The position numbers and the translations under genes were made by a program. This document shows, in pieces, positions 58,060-64,000 of a stretch of 64,000 nucleotides of DNA (within the stretch, counting starts at the first letter, position 1; each line of letters begins with the position of its first letter). The stretch is from Bacteroidia bacterium (lineage in GTDB: Bacteria > Bacteroidota > Bacteroidia > JADZBD01). Below the pieces are notes generated by a model. It did not search any database. It saw only the letters and a program-made list of their open reading frames with translations, and was not told the DNA's origin. Location of the stretch: contig JAGVMA010000025.1 in the NCBI GenBank assembly GCA_020054095.1, positions 18,321-82,320 of the forward strand, given 5' to 3'.

Positions 58060-60879
58060 ATGACCAAAGAGCAGGCAAAAGCCACGATAGATAAACTTGT
58101 TGAACGATTTGAGGAACACCGCAAAGAATACCATTTGCCCGATTATAACGAGCAAAAGGCTCGGCAGGATTTTATTAATCCGTTTTTTAAAGCACTTGGT
58201 TGTGACATTGATAACGAAAAAGGAGCATCCGAAGCATATCGCGAAGTAATTTACGAAGACAAAGTAGTAGTGCGTGGAAAAGCAAAAGCACCCGACTATG
58301 GTTTTCGTTTGGCAGGAAGCGGAAAAAAAAGATTGTTTTTTGTTGAAGCAAAAAAACCATCCGTTGTGCTAAAAACAAATAAAGAATCCGCATATCAATT
58401 AAAACGGTACGGAAGTAGCGCACAGGCTCATGTTTCTATTCTCACAAATTTTGAAGATTTTATTGTTTACGATTGTTCACGAGTTCCAAATCTTAACGAC
58501 AGTGCAAGCGTTGCACGTTTAAAGCACATTCATTTTCAAGATTACGGAAAAGAATTTGATTTTATTTACGACACATTTTCGCACGAAGCAGTTACAAAAG
58601 GACGTTTTGATAAATTCGTACAAAGTGATGCCAATAAAAAAGGAACCGACACGCTGGATAAACGATTTGTAAAAAGTCTTGATGAGTGGCGTTTGTATCT
58701 TGCTAAAAGCATTGCATTTAATAACCGAAAACTGAACGATGAAGAAATAAATTTTTCCGTTCAGCAAACGCTCGACCGTTTAATATTCATGCGCTTTTGC
58801 GAAGACCGCGCAGTAGAGCCCGATGCTCAATTGCAAAAAGCAGTTTCCAAAGGCGATTCATATAAAAATCTTGTTGATCTTTTTAAACAAGCCGATGATA
58901 AATACAATTCCGGACTTTTCGATTTTAAGAAAGACGTAATCACTCCCAAACTTAAAATTGATAACAAAGTTTTAAAAATCATCATTAACGAATTATATTT
59001 TCCATTATGTAATTTCGATTTTCGTGTAATGCCCGTTGAAGTATTGGGTAATGCCTACGAGCAGTTCCTTGGAAAAGTAATACGCACAACACCTGCACGC
59101 AGTGTAAAAATTGAAGAAAAACCCGAAGTGCGAAAAGCGGGCGGAGTATTTTATACACCACAATACATTGTTGAATATATCGTAAAAAACACAGTAGGAA
59201 AATTAATTGACGGAAAATCGCCAAAGGAAATTGAGAAAATAAAAATTGTTGACCCTGCCTGTGGTAGCGGTTCATTCTTGGTTGGAGCATTTGAATATTT
59301 GCTCAATCATCACGTTAATTATTACCACAAAAAAGGATATGCCACCCGAAAAGGAAAAGATAATCCTTTTACCACGCAAGGAACACTAACTACACACGAA
59401 AAAAAACGCATCCTTATCAATAATATTTTTGGTGTTGATATTGATGCCAATGCAGTTGAAGTAACCAAGCTGAGTTTGTTGCTCAAATGTATGGAAGGCG
59501 AAACAGCCGCCAGTATTCAGCATCAAATGAGTTTGTTTCACGAGCGAGTATTGCCTAACATTGACAACAATATTAAAGATGGTAACAGTTTAATTGATAC
59601 TGACATTTATGATAGTGAAATTGATTTAGGTTACGAGAAAAAAATTAAGCCTTTCTCTTGGAAAAAAGGATTTCCTGAAGTATTTAAGCAAGGTGGATTT
59701 GATGTAGTTATTGGAAATCCGCCTTATGTAATGCTTCAAAATTTAGAAACAAGAGAAGCATTTGATTATTGTTTAAAGAAATTTCAGTCTGCTAAATACA
59801 AAATCGACACGTATCAACTTTTTACTGAGCAATCTCTCAAACTTATAAATGATAAAGGTGTTTTAGGATTTATTACTCCAAATACTTTTCTTAAAAATAT
59901 TCATGCTGAACCTTTAAGGAAATTTATCCTCAATAATGCTATTATAAATGAAATATTATTATTTAAGTATCCTGTATTTGTAGATGCAAGCGTTGACACT
60001 TGTGTATTTGTATTTGAGAAAGGGAAATCCTCATCTAAAAATGAATTAAGTGTAAAGCAATCTGAAATTTCTTTTGAGATAAAAGAGCTAAGCTCCGTTA
60101 AGCAAGCGGACTTTATAAAAAATAATAGAACTGATTTTAATCTTTTAATTTCAGGTAAGGATTCTGAAATACTTAACAAAATAAATAAGGTATCGGAGCC
60201 TCTTGAAACATTTTGCGATGCATATTTTGGCATTCAAACTTTTGACAGAGAAACATTTGTAAGCACCAAAAAAATAAATAAAAATTATGAACCCGTTATT
60301 GATGGCGGAAATATTGAGCCATATTATCTCAAACCATCAACGGATTATGTAAATTATATTCCTTCTTCAATAAAGAGTGGAGGTAACGAGTCTATTTATA
60401 GACAAAACAGGGTTTGTATTCGACAAATAGGAGCATATCCAATCGCAACCTTTGTTCCAGCAGGGATTTTTACTCTTAATACAATCTATAATGTTTATTT
60501 AAAAGAGAAGGATGCCGCTAATCTAAAATTCATACTTGGAATTATTAACTCAAGCACAATACAGTTCTTTTGGAAAAAAAATAATTCTGACGAGAAAAAA
60601 ACCTTTCCGAAAATCAAAAAGGAAGCCATCCTTTCAATTCCAATTCCAATGGTAAAGAAAGATGTTAAAAGAAAACAAAGTCATGATGAAATAATAAAAA
60701 ATGTTGAGTTCCTTTTAAAATTAAACGAAGAAATAAGAGCAGAAAAACTTCAAACTAAAATTGAGCAGTTAAAACTGCGAATTGAACATAGTGAGGAAAA
60801 AATAAACCAATTAGTTTATGAACTATACGATTTAACAGAGAAAGAAATCGCCATTATAGAAAATGCAGGCAAAAACTAA
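58060..60879 (+). CDS. MmeI-family Type IIL restriction-modification enzyme (N-terminal PD-ExK nuclease, helical linker, gamma-class N6-adenine MTase, C-terminal TRD)
   Basis: PDYGF...FFVEAKKP (PD...EAK). LDRLIFMRFCEDRAVEP (MmeI/PglX LxRLxFxxFAED hallmark). FYTPQYIV, IVDPACGSGSFLV (motif I), VIGNPPYV (motif IV). Start set at MTKEQAKA. Confidence 0.75.
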   Translation: MTKEQAKATIDKLVERFEEHRKEYHLPDYNEQKARQDFINPFFKALGCDIDNEKGASEAYREVIYEDKVVVRGKAKAPDYGFRLAGSGKKRLFFVEAKKPSVVLKTNKESAYQLKRYGSSAQAHVSILTNFEDFIVYDCSRVPNLNDSASVARLKHIHFQDYGKEFDFIYDTFSHEAVTKGRFDKFVQSDANKKGTDTLDKRFVKSLDEWRLYLAKSIAFNNRKLNDEEINFSVQQTLDRLIFMRFCEDRAVEPDAQLQKAVSKGDSYKNLVDLFKQADDKYNSGLFDFKKDVITPKLKIDNKVLKIIINELYFPLCNFDFRVMPVEVLGNAYEQFLGKVIRTTPARSVKIEEKPEVRKAGGVFYTPQYIVEYIVKNTVGKLIDGKSPKEIEKIKIVDPACGSGSFLVGAFEYLLNHHVNYYHKKGYATRKGKDNPFTTQGTLTTHEKKRILINNIFGVDIDANAVEVTKLSLLLKCMEGETAASIQHQMSLFHERVLPNIDNNIKDGNSLIDTDIYDSEIDLGYEKKIKPFSWKKGFPEVFKQGGFDVVIGNPPYVMLQNLETREAFDYCLKKFQSAKYKIDTYQLFTEQSLKLINDKGVLGFITPNTFLKNIHAEPLRKFILNNAIINEILLFKYPVFVDASVDTCVFVFEKGKSSSKNELSVKQSEISFEIKELSSVKQADFIKNNRTDFNLLISGKDSEILNKINKVSEPLETFCDAYFGIQTFDRETFVSTKKINKNYEPVIDGGNIEPYYLKPSTDYVNYIPSSIKSGGNESIYRQNRVCIRQIGAYPIATFVPAGIFTLNTIYNVYLKEKDAANLKFILGIINSSTIQFFWKKNNSDEKKTFPKIKKEAILSIPIPMVKKDVKRKQSHDEIIKNVEFLLKLNEEIRAEKLQTKIEQLKLRIEHSEEKINQLVYELYDLTEKEIAIIENAGKN

Positions 60880-60957
60880 AAACATGACGATTCGCGAACA
60901 CATATATTCAAAAAACAAGAGTGATCAAATTAAAATTGTGGAGGATAAAAGTGCGTA

Positions 60958-61568
60958 GTCCCGTAGGGACGTACAGTTTGTAGAAAAATAAAAACATATA
61001 GAAAACAAGCTCCGTAGGAGCGACCTGAAAATGCCTAATACCTATACACAACTATATATTCAAATTGTTTTTGCCGTAAAGGGACGTGAGAATTTAGTTT
61101 CAAAAAATAACCGAGAAGAATTACATAAATACATTACGGGTATTGTAAAAAATAGGGGGCAAAAGATGATATCTGTTTTTTGTATGCCCGATCATACACA
61201 TTTGTTGGTTGGCATAAAGCCATCTATTTCAATTTCCGATTTAGTAAGAGACATTAAGGCCGGTGCTTCAAATTTTGTGAACGAGCAGAAATGGGTAAAA
61301 GGAAAATTTAATTGGCAGGAGGGGTTTGGAGCATTTTCTTATTCAAGAAGCCAAGTTGATACTGTAGCCCAGTACATTTTAAACCAAGAGGAGCATCATA
61401 AAAAAAATACTTTTAAAGAAGAATACATTGATTTTCTTGAAAAATTTGAAATTGATTACGATGAAAAATATTTGTTTGAATGGATTGCATTATGAACACA
61501 TACCGCTCCTACGGAGCTTATAACGGAATGGAATTGTTTTTCTACAAACAGATTGCTCCTACAGAGCA
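60958..61568 (+). mobile_element. IS200/IS605-like or RAYT-like element: Y1 HUH transposase flanked by REP-like 13-bp palindromes in inverted orientation
   Basis: Left: gtcccgtagggac, cagtttgtagaaaaa, agctccgtaggagcg. Right: cgctcctacggagct, tttttctacaaac, tgctcctacagagca. Exact inverted matches. No TSD, as expected for this family. Confidence 0.7.
61031..61495 (+). CDS. tnpA: IS200/IS605-family Y1 (HUH) transposase TnpA / REP-associated tyrosine transposase-like
   Basis: HuH motif MPDHTHLLV. Catalytic Tyr region VAQYILNQEEHH. 154 aa, typical size. Confidence 0.8.
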   Translation: MPNTYTQLYIQIVFAVKGRENLVSKNNREELHKYITGIVKNRGQKMISVFCMPDHTHLLVGIKPSISISDLVRDIKAGASNFVNEQKWVKGKFNWQEGFGAFSYSRSQVDTVAQYILNQEEHHKKNTFKEEYIDFLEKFEIDYDEKYLFEWIAL

Positions 61569-61611
61569 ACAGGTAAAAATGCAGGATAATTTTTATTTTA
61601 AGATAAAACAA

Positions 61612-61713
61612 CGGATTGAACATAGTGAAGAAAAAATAAACCAATTAGTTTATGAGCTTTACAATTTAACCGAGAAAGAAATCGCCATAATCGAAAATTC
61701 AAACAAATACTAA
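61612..61713 (+). pseudogene. Diverged duplicate of the 3' end of the Type IIL RM gene (C-terminal tail remnant)
   Basis: Encodes ...KQRIEHSEEKINQLVYELYNLTEKEIAIIENSNKY versus RM C-terminus LRIEHSEEKINQLVYELYDLTEKEIAIIENAGKN. About 88% nucleotide identity, continuing past the stop for about 80 bp. Confidence 0.55.
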
Positions 61714-61786
61714 AACATGGCGATTCGCGAACACATAAATATTTTAAACTCAAGTGAGCAAATTAAAATAATAGAAGGAGGGACGA

Positions 61787-62791
61787 ATGAGTAGTAACTC
61801 TATTATTCTTTATACAACACCACAAGGCAACATTAAAGTAGAAGTTATTTTTGAGGGTGAAACTTTTTGGCTTACTCAAAAAGCAATGACAAAACTGTTT
61901 GGAGTTGAAGTGCCTGCAATAAGCAAACATTTAAAAAATATTTTTGAAACAAAAGAGTTGAATCAACCTTCAGTTGTTTCCAAAATGGAAACAACTGCCG
62001 CTGATGGTAAAAACTATGCAACTACATACTACCGCTTGGAAGCAATTTTAGCAGTTGGCTATCGGGTTAATTCAACTGAAGCTACTCAATTCAGAATTTG
62101 GGCAACCAATACGCTTAAGGAATTTGTTACTAAAGGTTTTGTGTTGGATGATGAACGCCTTAAGCAAGGGAAAAATTTTGGAAAAGATTATTTTGATGAG
62201 CTACTGGAACGAATACGAGAAATTCGTGCGAGCGAAAGAAGGTTTTACCAAAAAATTACTGACCTATATGCACTTAGTATTGATTACAATAAAGAAGATA
62301 AAACCACACAAGATTTTTTTTCATCAGTACAAAATAAATTACATTGGGCTATTACGGGCAAAACCGCAGCCGAAATAATTTATACCAAAGCTGATGCAAA
62401 AGAAATTTACATGGGTTTAAAAACATGGAAATTTGCCCCTCATGGAAAAATTTTGAAAAGCGATGTGTCGGTTGCAAAATACTATTTGAACGAAGCACAT
62501 ATTTCTGAGCTTAATCGCATTGTTTCTGCTTATTTAGATTTAGCTGAAAACAATGCTCAGAGACAACAACTAATGTACATGAAAGATTGGAACAAATTTC
62601 TTTCCAACTTTTTACAATTATCCAACTACCCAATTTTGAAAGATAAGGGAAAGGTAACTATGTTGGAAGCTAAACTGAAAGCCGAAACCGAATATGACAA
62701 ATACAGAATAATACAAGATAAAAATTACGAATCGGATTTTGATAAGGAAATAAAAAAAATAAGGAATAGAAAAGGAGGGGCGAATGAGTAA
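61787..62791 (+). CDS. RhuM-family (virulence protein RhuM) protein
   Basis: N-terminal EV.FEGETFWLTQKAM..LF.V......H..NIF..EL and YRLEAILAVGYRV.S...TQFR.WAT..L.E match the Virulence_RhuM family. AGGAGGG RBS 6 nt upstream. Confidence 0.7.
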   Translation: MSSNSIILYTTPQGNIKVEVIFEGETFWLTQKAMTKLFGVEVPAISKHLKNIFETKELNQPSVVSKMETTAADGKNYATTYYRLEAILAVGYRVNSTEATQFRIWATNTLKEFVTKGFVLDDERLKQGKNFGKDYFDELLERIREIRASERRFYQKITDLYALSIDYNKEDKTTQDFFSSVQNKLHWAITGKTAAEIIYTKADAKEIYMGLKTWKFAPHGKILKSDVSVAKYYLNEAHISELNRIVSAYLDLAENNAQRQQLMYMKDWNKFLSNFLQLSNYPILKDKGKVTMLEAKLKAETEYDKYRIIQDKNYESDFDKEIKKIRNRKGGANE

Positions 62792-63173
62792 CGACCCACG
62801 TATACGCCTTGCGCTTGATAATTGGGATGCCTATGTAGCGCAATTAGCAACCATGCCCGATAAAAAATTGGTTGAAAAATTAGAAGTAATTAATATGCAG
62901 GCGGTAATTGCACAGGAAAAAAATATAACTTCTTCCTCAGCATTGCTTGAAATTTGGTGGCGACAAGTAGTTGAAGCCCGCACCTACAAAGCAGAAAACA
63001 ATATTCCGGATGCGCCAAATGAAATTGAATTAGCTATTGCCGATATTGAAACGTATGTTGCAAAATCGGAAGAACGCCAGGAACTGCTAAATGAATTTAC
63101 GCAACCTGTTCAACAATTTCGCCCAAAAATTCAGCAGCAACAGGGTAGCGATAGCCAACTAAGTTTGTTTTGA
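62784..63173 (+). CDS. Hypothetical 129-aa protein translationally coupled to the RhuM-family gene
   Basis: ATGAGTAA overlap with the RhuM-family gene stop. Near-identical RBS/start context GGAGGGGCGAATGAGTA. Helical, no TM. Confidence 0.4.
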   Translation: MSNDPRIRLALDNWDAYVAQLATMPDKKLVEKLEVINMQAVIAQEKNITSSSALLEIWWRQVVEARTYKAENNIPDAPNEIELAIADIETYVAKSEERQELLNEFTQPVQQFRPKIQQQQGSDSQLSLF

Positions 63174-63175
63174 AC

Positions 63176-64000
63176 CTATTTTGCCAAATACATTACATCT
63201 TTAACGGCTGCCACTGTTTTTGCCAAATTAGGCAATGCCACTTCAATTAAAGTGGGTGCATAAGGCAGTGGCACATCGGCACTCACTACCCTGCGAATGG
63301 GAGCATCTAAATAATCAAATGCATTTTTTTGCACCATGTAGGTGATTTCGGTGGCAATAGAGCTAAGCGGCCATGCTTCTTCTACAATTACCAGCCGGCT
63401 TGTTTTTTTCACTGAATTAATGATGGTGTTGTAATCTATAGGACGTACGGTTCGCAAGTCTATTACTTCTGCATTAATGCCTTCTTTTGCTAATTCAGCA
63501 GCGGCAGCCATAGCCACTTTAAATATTTTACCAAACGAAACAATGGTAACATCGGTGCCTTCTTTACGCACATCGGCCACCCCAAGCGGAATGATGTATT
63601 CTCCATCGGGCACTTCGCCTTTTTCGCCATACATTACTTCGCTTTCCATAAAAATAACGGGGTCGTTATCGCGGATTGCAGATTTTAAAAGTCCTTTGGC
63701 ATCGGCCGGATTGCTGGGCACTACAACTTTTAAACCCGGACAATTGGCATACCAATTTTCAAATGCCTGCGAGTGTTGTGCGCCAAGCATGCCTGCATTG
63801 CCCGTGGGGCCTCTAAAAACCATAGGCATAGGAAACTGGCCGCCACTCATGCTATACATTTTAGCAGCCGAGTTTATAACTTGGTCAATAGCTACTAACG
63901 AAAAATTAAAAGTCATAAATTCTACTATCGGGCGTAAGCCATTCATGGCTGCACCCACAGCTATACCTGCAAAGCCAAGTTCGGCAATGGGTGTATCAAT
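63176..64000 (-). CDS. 2-oxoacid (pyruvate/acetoin-type) dehydrogenase E1 component beta subunit, partial (N-terminus beyond window end)
   Basis: Transketolase-like pyrimidine-binding and C-terminal domains (...FRGPTGNAGMLGAQHSQ..., ...IDLRTVRPID...). Confidence 0.8.
   Translation of the reverse strand: MDTPIAELGFAGIAVGAAMNGLRPIVEFMTFNFSLVAIDQVINSAAKMYSMSGGQFPMPMVFRGPTGNAGMLGAQHSQAFENWYANCPGLKVVVPSNPADAKGLLKSAIRDNDPVIFMESEVMYGEKGEVPDGEYIIPLGVADVRKEGTDVTIVSFGKIFKVAMAAAAELAKEGINAEVIDLRTVRPIDYNTIINSVKKTSRLVIVEEAWPLSSIATEITYMVQKNAFDYLDAPIRRVVSADVPLPYAPTLIEVALPNLAKTVAAVKDVMYLAK

Noticed and set aside
61480-61611. N-terminal part of track ORF 61480..61713 (MDCIMNTYRSYGAYNGMELFFYKQIAPTEQQ...)
   Set aside because: This segment is the right-hand REP-like palindromes of the transposon read in-frame, not a gene. 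Only the 3' part (61612..61713) is homologous to the RM C-terminus.
1-64000. tRNA/rRNA/tmRNA genes and prophage
   Set aside because: No T-loop-like GTTCRANYC contexts, rRNA-like conserved blocks or integrase/phage structural genes were seen. Intergenic regions are mostly under 300 bp and explained by promoters and terminators.

Overview
This 64-kb window is low-GC (~37%) Bacteroidetes-type chromosome: T9SS sorting domains, TTTG/TAnnTTTG-type promoters and no Shine-Dalgarno sequences. It mixes conserved housekeeping genes with several accessory regions.

Housekeeping genes: Porin O/P, NUDIX, MnmC2-like MTase, miaA, hemF, guaA, rpmH (missed by the ORF track), argS, rsmG, tgt, LptF/G-type permease, a 2-oxoacid dehydrogenase E2, a UspA, a nucleoside phosphorylase, rsmB, the rpsF-rpsR-rplI operon, and a partial E1-beta at the right edge.

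Accessory content:
- Two paralogous OmpA/PD40/TPR modules.
- A 1137-aa PKD-repeat T9SS type-B CTD protein.
- A ~12.5-kb O-antigen/capsule-like locus (37.7-50.2 kb): initiating sugar transferase, DegT aminotransferase, GT2, MBOAT plus SGNH O-acetylation pair, Wzy_C-like protein, GT4, WbuX/Y/Z-like amidotransferase plus HisH/HisF paralogs, and a Wzx flippase. The MBOAT gene carries an in-frame TAA at codon 5 and the GT4 gene a -1 frameshift in an A-run.
- A LemA-TPM-TPM trio.
- Two ECF sigma factors. The second sits in a ~950-bp cassette flanked by a 20/22-bp direct repeat.
- A defence/mobile island at the right end: an MmeI-family Type IIL RM enzyme, an IS200/RAYT-like Y1 transposase flanked by REP-like palindromes and by a diverged ~180-bp duplication of the RM 3' end, then a RhuM-family gene translationally coupled to an unknown 129-aa ORF. 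The last two carry near-identical AGGAGGG ribosome-binding sites, atypical for this lineage.

Other oddities: a 66-bp in-frame nested-palindrome insertion inside the mnmC2-like gene; a T9SS-CTD gene remnant after the LptF/G-type permease gene; a truncated RsbU-like paralog; two tandem paralogous lipoproteins. No CRISPR, tRNA or rRNA was recognised.
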